Shown: positions 47,933-60,645, numbered from the whole stretch's first letter. The stretch is DNA of 63,141 bases, filler included, from Rhabdomonas costata (GCA_019059605.1; 33 parts of 33 records of this genome joined end to end with filler, not necessarily neighbours in it), one strand, 5' to 3'. The notes: generated by a model not told the origin, from the letters alone. Numbers and translations: made by a program.

Positions 47933-48707
47933 AAAAAGCACCGCCAGGGCGTTGAGAACAGCAATTTACACTTAAAAAAGGCGAAAATTGGGGTCTGAAA
48001 GGCAGTTTTACGGCAGTTTTGCTCCTGACCCCTCCCCCCCGCGAGAAAAAAGTCGGTTTCTGGGTCAAAAACTCGACCCCCCGGAAGCCTTCTATCTCGA
48101 TCCAGAATCGAAAGAGGAGCAATTTTGCTTGTTACAGCATACCTTTTTTCGTCGACTACGCCGAGATTTGAAGCCCGAGGGGGACACCTCTGCCCAGTCT
48201 AAGCCATCCAGTGGTTCATTAAAAGGCAGGTACAGGGCTAGTATAGTGGGATCAGGGCCAGTGAGCATGTGGGGGGCCCGGGTTGGAGTCCTGGGGTCAA
48301 AATTTTCGAACCTCCAGTTTTGACGTCTTTCGCTTCGGGATGCAAACGGAAGGGGTTTGGCACCTCCGGAGACATGTTTTTACGCAGATTACCCCATGTT
48401 ACAGCCCTCCAAACCTCTCAGCATAGGCCCTGCCCCTTCCCGGCCCCCGCACGAGCTTGAAAGGCGACATTTATCGACCCCGTACCACGTAGCTGGGATA
48501 CTGTTCTACACGGGACTCGAATGGATGAGCTACCCCCCAAGTTTTCGAGGTCGTAGAGTCATAAAAAGCACCGCCAGAGCGTTGTTAACACCAAGACCGA
48601 GGGGTACACCTCTGCCCAGTCTAAGCCATCCAGTGGTCCATTAAAAGGCAGGTTCAGGGCTAGTACAGTGGAAGGAGGGGTCAAAATTTTCGAACTTCCA
48701 GTCTTGA
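47933..48707. repeat. Locally duplicated repeat blocks (degenerate DNA-element-like)
   Basis: ~75-bp block ACACCTCTGCCCAGTCTAAGCCATCCAGTGG...GGGCTAGTA at ~48175-48250 and ~48597-48671; GGGGTCAAAATTTTCGAAC at ~48293 and ~48677; AAAAAGCACCGCCAG at ~47933 and ~48563. Confidence 0.85.
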
Positions 48708-49851
48708 TTTCTTTCCTCGGGGATGAATAATAAAATGGTTTGATAACTGTCTAGCTGTGCTTGCTCGGAGGATACCCGGAGTTGTGCCCACCACAAGGTC
48801 TGGGTAATCCCCCATGGGTTGGAAGAGGAGTGATGTGTGGCCTCGGAAAATGGATACCTTTTGAAGAAAGAACACCATGATCAAGTGTTGCAATCGTCAT
48901 GGATGGAAAAAGATGCAGCGCACGAACGTGAACCCGAACACGAAACGGGGAAATACGCAGTGATCTATTCGCCGCATCAGCCAAGGGTGTGAAAGCCACA
49001 GATCAGCATGGTAAACGACCCGCTCTTTCATTGCTTTTTCCGCTGGAAAAAGTAATGGAAGAGCTTCAAGAAAGAGACAAGCCAAAAGCACCGAAGGAAA
49101 GAATGGTAAAAAGTCCTTCAACCTATCGTCTCGAACAGAACGGGAGGCGACAGCGGCCGTGAGGCGCAGGGTTAAGACCAGGGTCAAAATAAGGTTAAAG
49201 ACTGAGCGCAAAAGTTTACGGTACGGATTCGACGCATTTGAAGCGCAAACTCTTCCTTGGGAAGGTTGGCTCATGGGAAATACTGACAAAACATCTGCAT
49301 GTAGTTCAACATGGTGTCCCCGAGTCTTGGTGTGGAGCGCCGCAGTTGTGGGAGTGGCACAACGGGGTTAGTGCGAAATGGTTTTTGAAAAGCCGTGGCA
49401 ATAATATAACGACTACGTTGCAATGTGTCCGACCTTCCTTGGCAGTGTTTTAGATGAACAAGATGGATGGCCAAGCATATCAATCACTGATAAATGCAAC
49501 GCGGTCAAGGATGGGTATCTCTGTATGAATCAGTGTCAAAGTGCAGCTATCGGACGGGACGCTGGATCAGCGCAGCAGGTAGGACTGCACTACAAAAGCT
49601 GTCTTGCTTCCAACGTAACTAGTTGGATATGACACGTTTTTAGTGAGGGTGGAGGTTTCACCCGAACGGTCGGCTAATCTCTTGATCAAGGTCACAGGCG
49701 CGATTAAAATTTGACCGGAAATCATCCACCACACCCNNNNNNNNNNNNNNNNNNNNNNNNNNNNNNNNNNNNNNNNNNNNTTAATTAATTAANNNNNNNN
49801 NNNNNNNNNNNNNNNNNNNNNNNNNNNNNNNNNNNNTAGCCCGCCCCCCTA

Positions 49852-51652
49852 ATGGTGTGTGTGCCACCTCTCCAGCTCACTCCTTCGAGGTGAGTGTTTT
49901 GCACTTTTCCTCAGAGGCAGTGGAACATATCGAGCTCCATTCACATCTGGTGGATGAGTTGGGGCAGGGAAGAAGGCACAGGGATACAACGCAAAGGGTG
50001 CCCCAGCCACGAACATATGATGTTCCCTTTTCTAAGTACTCTTGCTCTCTCGCTGTGCCGGGGTAGAGCTCGTCGTTACGAGCCTTATATAGCCTCTGGC
50101 AGTAACACCGTGGAGTGTGGGCCAGAGGACAGCTTGCTTCTCAGGCCCGAAGAGCCTGAAACAATGTCAGTGATCGCGCAGTCAGAGGACGGCCAGACTC
50201 CGTTCCAGTCAATGGGTTGCATTCCTACCGCTCTCTTGCTCCTCTAGTTTCTGCTTACGCTCCTCAGGAGACCACTGCCGCGTTTCTGCGGGGCTCCTCT
50301 GTCTTTGAGCGTATGCACTCCCCTCCTGCAACCGGCAAACAACTTCCGGTGCCACGGATTCTGTTGGCTGCCAAATATGTGTGTATTGCGATAAACTATT
50401 GACGGACTCCAGAATTTCCTGAAGAGAGGGGAGGACGGGTAAGAGAGGCACATGCAAGAGTTCCTCTTCTGCCAACTCATTTGCACCAGGTTTGCTGGAA
50501 ACAATCCTCACAGATTTTGCCTGGCTTGTATCTTCGCTCATTTTCTCCTTGTCTGCGTGAGATCAGTTCGGTTGTTTAAACTAGACCTCACCTCTCCCCC
50601 CCCCCATCACCCTCACCTGTACTCTCTCTATCTCTTGGTCTCTTTGTCGGTTCCCGCAGCGCTGAGAGATGAAGTTCCCGTCTCTGGGCCCTCGGGGCTG
50701 TTCGCACCACGGGAGACCTCCCCGACTCGCGACTCCCTGATCACCACCAGCCTGGCCCAGCTGCAGAGCATCGCGCCCAAGCCCCTGGTGCAGCTGGAAC
50801 TCCTGAAACCTGGCGCGACCATGGGTTTTAGCGTCAGTGCCACCGCCAGCCAGGCTGAAGCAGAGCTTCTGGGGGACCACCGGTCGGCCACGGGGTCATG
50901 TGGGGGGTCGGCTCGGCTGAACGCCTCGGTATCCTCCGTGGCGGGGTCGGGGACCTCGGGTTCTGAGGCGGCGTCGACGTCGCACGTCGCGCCGCTGGTC
51001 TCGCCGACGCATACAAGTGGAAACCTTGCCAAGTGGTAATTTTAGGGGACCTTGTGCCTTGCAGCTGCCCTTTTTTCTCGATCAAAGTCGTTTCTTCCAA
51101 CTGGCTGAAAACCCAGCGTGGGGAATCTCCAGTCAAAACCTTAGCCAACGGCTCAAAAGCCAAAAGCAAATCCATCACTTAGCTTTCCATTAGCCACCAT
51201 GTTGCTCATGGCTTTCCTGATCCCCCACCCAATCAACAACAGCAAAAAACCTACAATAAACCAGGAGCATGCACTGACTTAACCTCATCGAAACGCAAAC
51301 TGTGCGGATTCGTTTCGGAAGAGCCCTCCTCCTTTGATTCCTCCCACTGCCCCATTCTCCCGGCGCCAGCGCAGCCTTAGTCGATTTCTCAACCTCACCG
51401 AAACAAAAAAAATCGTCCGGATTCATAACGGAAGTGCTTAGCCCATTTCTGTCGCCAGTGAGATCGGTGCGCTTTGGAAATACGCCCGCTCTCTCCACGG
51501 GTGCCTCCCTCCTTCAGGGCGGTACCCCCCGAGGCGGGCCGCCTGCTCTGCCTTCTGGAGCGCAAGAAGGCGAATGGGATGTATACCCTCACTTCGGAGG
51601 CCTCCGGGCGGCTTCTGCTGGCGGCCTGCTTCCACAAGCCCAAGCTGCCGAC
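49852..51652 (+). CDS. Tubby-like protein, exons 49852-49889, 50067-50215, 50248-50310, 50660-51035, 51518-51652 (partial)
   Basis: Phase-consistent GT-AG chain through a low-complexity N-terminus into NLAKW/AVPPEAGRLLCLLERKKANGMYTLTSEASGRLLLAA, matching the start of the Tubby domain (P.P..G...C.I.R.K...Y.L..E...LLAA). Confidence 0.6.
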
Positions 51653-51766
51653 NNNNNNNNNNNNNNNNNNNNNNNNNNNNNNNNNNNNNNNNNNNNTTAA
51701 TTAATTAANNNNNNNNNNNNNNNNNNNNNNNNNNNNNNNNNNNNNNNNNNNNGGTTGTGGGTATGC

Positions 51767-52958
51767 CTGCTCCGTTTTGGGTGTGGCCTCGGCGGCGGCG
51801 TCCCGGGCGGAGAAACTGCTGTAGTACTCGAAGGGGTTGCCCGCAAACACCTTCACACTGAGAACGGACGACCTGTCAGCACCACCAGAAAAACAACCAC
51901 TACACCACGGGCGGCTCTCGGCGGGAAAGCAGAACGTTATGAAGAGGCTTTTTGAGCGACGATCCGAAAGAAAAGAGAGCGGGCTGCGAATGAACAAAAA
52001 CATAACAAAAAAAAAGATAGAAAAACAAGACGTGGAGAGATGGAGGAAGCGAGAAAGGGAGGGAGTACGTCAAACCCAACGTGCTCCTCTATCGCTGTCT
52101 TCGCCTGCAACATAGCGTCCACGGGATGCTGGTCAAACCGGAGGCTGTTCGTGCGCTGATTGCTCCAGTCAACGAGAACATAAACCGCGGCGACGGGGCG
52201 GGTCGCCGCACTGTTGCGCGTCTCACCGAGCAAGGACATCCGTGGGATTAAAGGGTAGGAGGGTAAAATAAGCAATGCGAAGCAATGCAACACAATGCAG
52301 AGCGCAATCAAATCTGATGTCGACAAGTAGATGGAAGCGATGGTCGAGGTCGGAAAAGGTCCGAGCATCCCCCATCCTTTGCTGTCAGATGTATTTTCTA
52401 GCAACAGCTACCAACTCGGCAACAAGGCAACAGGTCGAAAACACTTGGGCGGGCAAGCTTGGTATTCACCGCACCCGTCGCGCACGGTTGGGGGCTGGTG
52501 TAATTTCGCCTCAGAGGCTCACGGCAGTGAGGTCCTCACCTCCAGCGCGGAGGACATAGCCATCCTGGATGGAAGCGGACACCACAAGACCCTTTTGTCG
52601 TGACCGAGCATCGAAGGAAAGGCTCAACACGCTAACACGGTGGAACAATGCCGCAACGCAACAGCAATAGGGAATCCTATGCAAAAGTAAGTGTTTCCAT
52701 GCCGTTTCGAGGTCCATTTCAACAAAAGAATTTACGGACTTTGACCGATCACCGGGACCACTTCAGACTAGGAGAGGGAGTATTTCACATTATAACCTTC
52801 ACTTTTTTCATTTTGCACATTACAAGTTCACGTAGCAATGCTACAATGTACAACGGCGTACATTGTTACATTGTTACATTGTTACGGTGTACCTCTTCGT
52901 TTCTCTTACCACTTCAAGAGCTCATCACCAACGGTGTCTGGGGTCCATCCTTCCATAA
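51767..52958 (-). CDS. Uncharacterised protein, five exons (partial)
   Basis: All-GT-AG chain: MEGWTPDTVGDELLKW/VLWCPLPSRMAMSSALE/QRMGDARTFSDLDHRFHLLVDIRFDCALHCVALLRIAYFTLLPFNPTDVLAR/LRFDQHPVDAMLQAKTAIEEHVG/SSVLSVKVFAGNPFEYYSSF. Confidence 0.55.
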
Positions 52959-53731
52959 CTGCAGAAAAGTGAAAATCCTTCCATCTTTAGAATTTCACCG
53001 ATCCACATCAGTTACTTCCCTGCAGTACAGAGCGGAGCTCGAGCAACCCGGGAGGGCACAAGATGAAACACAAGGCAAAAAGGAAAGGGAACAGCGTACT
53101 ACACAGCGTACTACAGCTGCGCTCAAAGGCCATAACCAACACTCCTCCATCCGGACCTACGGGCAAAGAGCAGGCCCGTAACAGCAGTAGCCACCACGAC
53201 GACATGCGCCTTCTGCACTGGGGTCCTTCATCACGGAGAAGGCTTCGTTGCGCGCTTTTGGCCCATTCCAGCTGCCCCTTTTGCAACTCGAGAGAAGGCC
53301 ATCACTTCCAGAGATCACTCAACGGACAACAACCATCGACAAACGGGAAACTGAATTGGCAGGGGAGGGGGGGGGCTCATACTCGCTGGTTGAAACCCGC
53401 TGCTACAACGGAAACCTACGGGTATACATGTCTTGTGAAAGCACTAGGATCTTGGGCCGCGAAGCGCAGCGTAGCGGCTCAAGACATCCTGGAAATAATG
53501 AAAAACACCTGTCCATAGCCGGAAACACGAGCGTCGCAACTTAATCTCCCCACACACACACANNNNNNNNNNNNNNNNNNNNNNNNNNNNNNNNNNNNNN
53601 NNNNNNTTAATTAATTAANNNNNNNNNNNNNNNNNNNNNNNNNNNNNNNNNNNNNNNNNNNNGTATTGTCGGAATGGGTTATTTTGGGGAAAAAAAGAGG
53701 GGGGGGGGTCGAAAGAGCAGAGCGGTACAAC

Positions 53732-55182
53732 CTCTACGACGCGCTCCTTCACCTCAGTGACCGGAACTTTCACGTCCACGTATACGGGCTTCTCCACAAT
53801 AGTTTGAATGGGCACTTCCACGGGCACCTGTGCCCACCCCGTAACCAAACAGGGGACAAATAGCACAAGGTCATTCGCTCATCCGGATCAGTCGCGGGGT
53901 TTTGGCCTTCTGAACATCTGGGAGGCACGCACTTCCCACAAAGAACTCAAAGACAGCGAGGGAGATCCGCGGAAGTGAGAGTTCCTCCGCAGCTACAACG
54001 GTAAATTGCCAATGGGTCAGTTGCAATAAGAAGCGGCGACGGCTTCACTGTAAATGACGCACAGGCCTGAGCTGCATGCACACCTCGACAGCGCGCTCCA
54101 CAAGCCGCTCCACAGGCACCTCCACGGGTACCTGCAAAAAAGTGATCCAGACCACCCTTTATTCAGAATAAATTCTGAGCAGTGGTGCAACGGTGTCATT
54201 CGCCCATCACGTTCCCTTCGTGTAGATACACGTAGCGGGTCTGGACCTCAAGTAAATCGTATTCGACTCTGACGTTCCCGTCAATAACCGGACAAAACAG
54301 GGGAGTGTGAGGGCATGGGATGGGGGCAGGGGCCGAGGAATGCTGAGGTGCAAACCGTCACGATCTTCTCCACCACGCGCTCCACGGGAACCTCCACCGT
54401 AACCTCCTTGATGACCTCCACCACCCGCTCCACAATGACCTCCCGGGGCACGGTGACCAGCCGCTCCACTACCCGCTCGACAATCCGCTCCACGGGCACC
54501 TCCACGATGCGCTCCACCACCACCTCCACCGGGACTTGCACCGTCCTCACCACCACCCGCTCGATTTCCTGTGGGCAGCGCGCAGCTCCGTGCCTTTGCA
54601 AACGGATTGATTCTCAACACTGGCCTTTGGTGGCAACGGCGAAAGGTGACATTTTTGAAGGAAGAGTTTGATTTTTATATAAAAACTGAAGACTCAGCCC
54701 ACGATGTTCGCACCTACCCAAAACATGCGCCCAAAACATCCCCGTTCCTTTACCTCGCTTGGGTCATGATCTCCCCGACCAAAAGTTCAAAGCCCGAAAA
54801 CTTCCCGAAAGTAAAAAGAATGCGAATCATCATCGCTTGCGTTCACAAATCCACAGGTGCATCCTCAACTCTCCTGATGATTCTTGTCATCCGCCCCACT
54901 GAACTGAGTGCTTGGACAGTGCGGGACGGACAGATGGAGAGGAGGCCAAAGGGATAACCTTCTCAATGATGCGGTCCACGGGGACCTCCACCACTCGGTC
55001 CTGGCGCTCAATCGCGAGCTTCTCGCGGACCTCGAGCATGGGAACCTCGACAACGCTGGGGCGGATCACCTTGGGTTTGTCACCATATTTGTTTTCTATG
55101 CCTGCCCTCGGGATTTCACCCCACAAAACCTCACCACTCTGGCCAAGCTTGCGCCGCTTCCTGTACATCTCGTCTATCCGGT
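53732..55182 (-). CDS. Articulin/epiplasmin-type VPV-repeat cortical cytoskeleton protein, at least four exons (partial)
   Basis: VVEVPVDRIIEK/EIERVVVRTVQVPVEVVVERIVEVPVERIVERVVE...VEVPVERVVEKIVT/VPVEVPVERLVERAVE/VPVEVPIQTIVEKPVYVDVKVPV; GT-AG phase-0 introns. Confidence 0.9.
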
Positions 55183-55629
55183 CTGCGCAGACGCGACTTG
55201 GGCAAAGGAAACCAGGCACCAGCAACAACAGGAGGATACCTTTGACACCTACTAGATATAACCACAACCACAAAAGAAAAGGACACAGGCGCAGAATGGC
55301 ACACCGGAGCTTGCCGGCTAACGGACACTTCTGTGAGGGGGACAAGAAGGGAGCAATACGCAAACAACAAACGCACTGAGCTGCTGCTGCGGCACACTGA
55401 CAAGAGGTGACTTCGAACCCAGCAAACCGGAGGCGGTGGACCTTAGCCTCTTCTAAGCAAGTGGCATACCCCCGCAACNNNNNNNNNNNNNNNNNNNNNN
55501 NNNNNNNNNNNNNNNNNNNNNNTTAATTAATTAANNNNNNNNNNNNNNNNNNNNNNNNNNNNNNNNNNNNNNNNNNNNGTGGTGGGTGTGTTTGGTGGTG
55601 GTGGGTAAATACTCCGCGGATGCTCACAG

Positions 55630-57152
55630 GTTCGCGTCCCAATCGTGGCCACTCCAACGGAGGTGACGTTCACCGTGCAGGCCGTGGACTCTAGCGGTGG
55701 GGTGGGCTACGCCTCGGCCTCGATGACTGTGCTCCCCGTTCCCATCACTGCGGACATGCTCTCCAACATGGCATCGCTTTGCTCTCGCCTCCCTCCGCAC
55801 GCCCGCACACAGACATGCACCCCGAGAGTCATTTTGGCGGCAACCGTGTTTCGTGGGTTCAATCAGCATGCTGGAATCGAACTCTGCCTCCCGCATACCT
55901 CGGCACACTCATTCAAACCTCCGCGTGTTGTGTGAATGTGTTTGTTTCCTGAACTCATTTTCTCTGAGGCACAACAGTGCTGGGTTGCACATCCGAACTT
56001 GTGTTTGTGTAGCGTGACTTTGTGCGCATCAGAAATTTGCTATTTTATGACCCAGTCAAACGAAAGACCATTGACCTCACGGTCACGTGGTTTTTTTTTT
56101 GCACAACTATTTCATGTGCCTTATGCCATCTTTTGATAGCCGTGCATATGCTGTGGATGGAGTCAGGCTTGACTCATCTCTCGCTCTGATAAAAAAAACA
56201 GACGGTCGCGATGCCCCCGTCTTGCAAGCCCGCGGCCTGCAACACCGCGATCATCACAGCAGTGCGGCATATCCTGGAGGCGGTCGACACGGCGCTAGGT
56301 TCTCATCGGCCGCTGCGCCCACCACCACCACCACCACCACCCAGTCTCACGTCCTCCTCGTTTCTTTCCGCTGTGTCCCTCTTCCCGTTGTGCCACACGT
56401 CATTGGGGTTGGGAACATGCTGGGAGGCTTCGACCCTTGCGTATGTGCTGAAGAGCTGGGGAGGGCGTTTACACAGTGCTTGCGTGTGCACTGTGTGGAG
56501 ATGGTGGGTAGGCTGTGTAGGACCTTGCTGAATGTTGCTCCCATGACTACCTCGAAGGGCCTCCATCCATGTCCACAGCAGGCAGCCCCCCGCCAGAGCT
56601 TCACAGGATATGGAGTTGTAGATGTTGTATGTGAGACTTGCTCTGAACCCCCCCCCATCCCTCCACCACAGCGCAGAACGACTCCGATGCCCTTCTCAGT
56701 TCTCGGCAGAGCGCACGGGTACGTTCCCTCAGTAGCGCCTTTCATGCGCGCGCACGAAAACTCGCGCTGCTAATGGCCCATTTTCGAGACTTTTCGCATG
56801 TTCTGCAAAACGTATTGTTTGGGGATTCTGTTTACTCTTGTGCTTTATTTTTAGTGAAAGGCATCATTTTGTTTTTGCGATTGGGACGTGAAATCTCTCT
56901 CTCTCTCTCTCTCTCTCGAAAATGAACATGAACAGCGACATGGCATTCTGCCCACGAAAAGGCATCTGCTTATTATGGCTTGCCTTTGCTACACTTGTGT
57001 GAGCGACTTTGCGTGAGAGAGGGAAGGGTTACCCGTGTGCTCGGGTTCCCTCCCCACAGGAGGCCGCTGTGGAGACCCTTACCAACCTTGTGCTGGAGCA
57101 TCCCGCCAATGCCTACCCCTTCACCATACTGGAGACCCAAGCCACTCTGCAG
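55630..57152 (+). CDS. REJ-domain-like (polycystin-type) surface protein, exons 55630-55770, 56202-56298, 56672-56718, 57060-~57152 (partial)
   Basis: VTFTVQAVDSSGGVGYASASMTVLP resembles the end of a REJ module and is followed by helical segments; exons chain in frame. Confidence 0.55.
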
Positions 57153-58032
57153 GCCAAGCTCCGCCGCCTTCCCATGCCCCACCATCTCATCTGTCTGCGC
57201 CACACACTGTTCAAAACTAGGAGTATTGGGGACGCCTAAATTGAGCATGAGCCATCACCACGAGCACCTCAAGTGTCGAAAACGTACAGTCTCCATCCTT
57301 TGTCGCCTTTGATTGTCTTCATTATCATTACGCGTTTAGCACTGCTGAACACACGGCAAGTATTATTTTCCTCTCCAGATTCAGCCCCACCACCNNNNNN
57401 NNNNNNNNNNNNNNNNNNNNNNNNNNNNNNNNNNNNNNTTAATTAATTAANNNNNNNNNNNNNNNNNNNNNNNNNNNNNNNNNNNNNNNNNNNNGTGGGG
57501 GGGGGTGAAGGCTTGCCACCACCCCTTCGGGTTCGCTCCGGGGGCGAGTGGGGCACCCTGGAGGGTTGAGCGGCTGAGCTGCTCGAGGACCCGCTCCGTC
57601 TCGGCGCCGCATTGCCAGAGACAAGATAAAAAGGAAGAGCTGCCAAGGGGCATGGGCAGCTTGAAGAGCACCGAGGGGCACGGGTGGTGTTATCGGTCTG
57701 AGGATGAAAGAACCGGCCACGCAGCGTTTCGGGAGGCCCACTGTACATTGAAAAGACCCCGAGCCTGCTTCGGCTTCGAAAAAATCGTGTTCAGGAACCC
57801 TCTCCCACCCCACCCCCCACTGACACGTTTTTGCGGACTATATACGCCGCTGCGGCACTAAACTATGTTTTGCTTTCCAAAGACACCACTGCCCCGAACC
57901 GTCCGGATTGTCGGACAGTAACGACTTATAAGATCCAGTGTTACTGGGATTTCATAAGGAGCATCCCGCTTCTTTGGTGATTCCAAAACATCACTGAGCA
58001 TGACCTCACGTGAGCTTCTTTCTCTTTGACAG

Positions 58033-59310
58033 GGTGCTCTTCCCCGAGCTGCACTGCAGTACGCGTTGAGAATGGCGGCCACCATTGCCGTACTTGAGGC
58101 CATTTTCGTTCTCTGGGAGGACAGTGTGGCTCGGCTGATCCTTCTGTGGACCAGCGTCACGTTCCTGCTGGTCAATGCCGGTCCAGCGTTTTGGCTGGTC
58201 GTCCAGCGGGCCTGGCACCGCCTTCTGGGCACAGTGTGTGGAGGTGTGGCAGCTTTGGTAGTGCTTGCCCTTGCTGGCAGCAGCCCTGCTGCACTGTTGA
58301 CCCTGTCAGTGGTGGTGATGCAACCCTGCTTTTACGTGGCTCACTTCACGAGCTATGGCTACGCCGGCAGCGTTGCTTTCATGACGTACACCCTTGCGTT
58401 GCTGATCGATTACCAGGACATTTCTGAGCACACCGTGACTTTGGCTGGACTAGCTCTGGTGGTGGGGCGAAGGACCGCCGCTGTGGCGATGGGGAACATG
58501 CTGAGTTTGGTCCTTTCCCGGGGGCTGTGGCCTCTGGCTGCGAGACGCGAGCTACGCCGAGGCTTGGCTGGGGTATTTTGGCTGTAGTGCAGCTCCCAAT
58601 TCCACTCTCAACCCATTCGTCCTGTTACTTTTTGTTCACGCCCCTTTTCTGTGCATCTTCTGAGCAGTTCGCATTGATGAGCATTCAAAGGAATGCACGG
58701 GGTTGATGCGACATGTCCGCATCAGGAGCGAGTGTTTGAGTTGGGGTGCAGGCTGAGCAACTTAATTGTCGGTAATTCTTTGGGGGTCCTGCCTTGGGGG
58801 TTGTTTTCAGGCCATGGTGCGCCTCTGGCAGTTGTACCATCTGATATGCCGCCAGTTCATGAAGGATGCTGTGCTTCACCCCACCGTCTTCCTGAGTATG
58901 GAGGCTCAGATTCAAGAGGAGCTGCGATGCCTTCAGGGCCTGATCCCACTGGCAGAGACGGAACCTCTGACCGAGGTACCGGGCGACCTCTGTGTTCTTG
59001 ATGCCATTTGGTATCATGTGATATATGTGACGCTGTCAGAGCTGTGGACAAACGAAGCTTTTGCGTGGCATGTATCTGTGCGTGGTGTTGGGCTGTGGAA
59101 GGTCATATTAACAGTCCTCATTGGTACGAGTTGTTTGCCGTTTACCACAAAACCGCAACAGGATTCGATTCCCTCCGACTCTGCCACCAGCCTGTTGATG
59201 CAATGCCGTCTTCTGGGTAGTCACCTGCACCGGCTTCGGGTTGCAGTTGCACAGTCGTTATCTCCACTAGTCCCTGACCCGTACTATGGCTCGTCTGACC
59301 ACCACACACC
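58033..59310 (+). CDS. FUSC/ALMT (aromatic acid exporter superfamily) membrane protein, three exons (partial)
   Basis: QYALRM, WTSVTFLLV, RAWHRLLGTVCG, YGYAGSVAFMTYTLAL, R..AVAMG...LWPLAARRELR, A.TEP; hydrophobic helices; GT-AG introns. Confidence 0.85.
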
Positions 59311-60459
59311 NNNNNNNNNNNNNNNNNNNNNNNNNNNNNNNNNNNNNNNNNNNNTTAATTAATTAANNNNNNNNNNNNNNNNNNNNNNNNNNNNNNNNNN
59401 NNNNNNNNNNGTGGTGGGGGGTGACGAATAAGTACAATACGTGAAAAGAAAGTCGTGCGACCCAATCAACCTCCAGCCGATGATAAACGAGATTCACTTG
59501 CTCAATTCATTGAGAAAGGGCTGGGAGGTGGAGAACGCCGGACAGGTCCGCAGGACCTGGAGAGCAGAAAAAGGTCCGACACACTGACTGCAGGTGCTGG
59601 GCAAGCCTAGTAACACCCTTCCGTGAGAAGTCATTCTTAGCCTATATTTATGTCGAGTTAAGGAGATATTTTGAGTCGGCAGGATGGTTCTAGTGATGGC
59701 CCATTTACTCGATAGCATCCCAGCTCATATCTTCATCATCGTTTTAGGACAGGAGAATCCGATAGGAGTGCCTTTTCCGACTAACTGCGCGAAAAAGGGC
59801 ACCCTGCCGGCCGTGCTGTTGGGAAATGACGATCTGCTTGGGAAAACAACAAATACTGGCTGCCACACCTGGTGAAGGGTTGCTAGGCAGAGGTGTTCCG
59901 GGGGTCAGACCGCCGTCGCACTGCAAACCACAACAAGAAAAATCACCCCCAACCCCACCCAGAGCGTGGGGCCTTGCTTCGTGGCATGACTCCGTAGGAC
60001 GTGCCCTTCCCATCACAACAGGCTCAATAGGCTATCACGCTCCAGCTCAGTTGTTTGTCGGTTTTTGCCAAGCAAACGCCAACTCCCCTCCCCCCTAGGC
60101 ATCGAAAAGTTTAGGTTACATCCCATGGTTTGTTTTTGCAACACCATGGAACCGCCAGCAGCGAGAAAACGACTTCTGTCGAGGTGGAGGCATTTTGGAG
60201 CATTACGAGACCTTTACTGATCTCGTGAAATATTAACTTTTGGCTCCAGAGACGTCGTCTGACTTACTTGGGGGCCCCAACCATCATCAATCATCATTCG
60301 TGAGTGCGCCTTGTTGGCCCGGGTTGTGGTTGAAGGTTTTTGGATCAATCCAACATTGTGGTGCTAGTTCACCCCCCCCCAGAAAAAAAGGTGGATTTGG
60401 AAAAAGGGGGATATGGATTAGGCCACTGAACTGAATGTTCCAGCATGTAACAGGCGTAC

Positions 60460-60645
60460 CACAGCCGAAGTAGTGAAACGCACCCCCGCCGGACCAGCAC
60501 CACGCGCTAGGCATGGGGGCGGCGGGCGTGCCCCCGGGGACAGAGGAGTACCCCGGGGCACAGGCCACAGGGGTTGAACAGGTCATCCCTGAAGGGCAGT
60601 CCCCCACGTACCCCTCTGGGGCACGGGTGGCGGCGCACGGAAGAG
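60460..60645 (-). CDS. Cys-rich extracellular repeat exon (symmetrical phase 1-1)
   Basis: LPCAATRAPEGYVGDCPSGMTCSTPVACAPGYSSVPGGTPAAPMPSAWCWSGGGAFHYFGC bounded by CGCAG and GTACGC. Confidence 0.65.

Noticed and set aside
52242-52313. Apparent 72-nt AT-AC intron on the minus strand
   Set aside because: In another frame the segment reads through as plausible protein (DIRFDCALHCVALLRIAYFTLLPFNPTDVLAR) and the gene can be built entirely with GT-AG introns; the donor lacks the U12 ATATCCT consensus.
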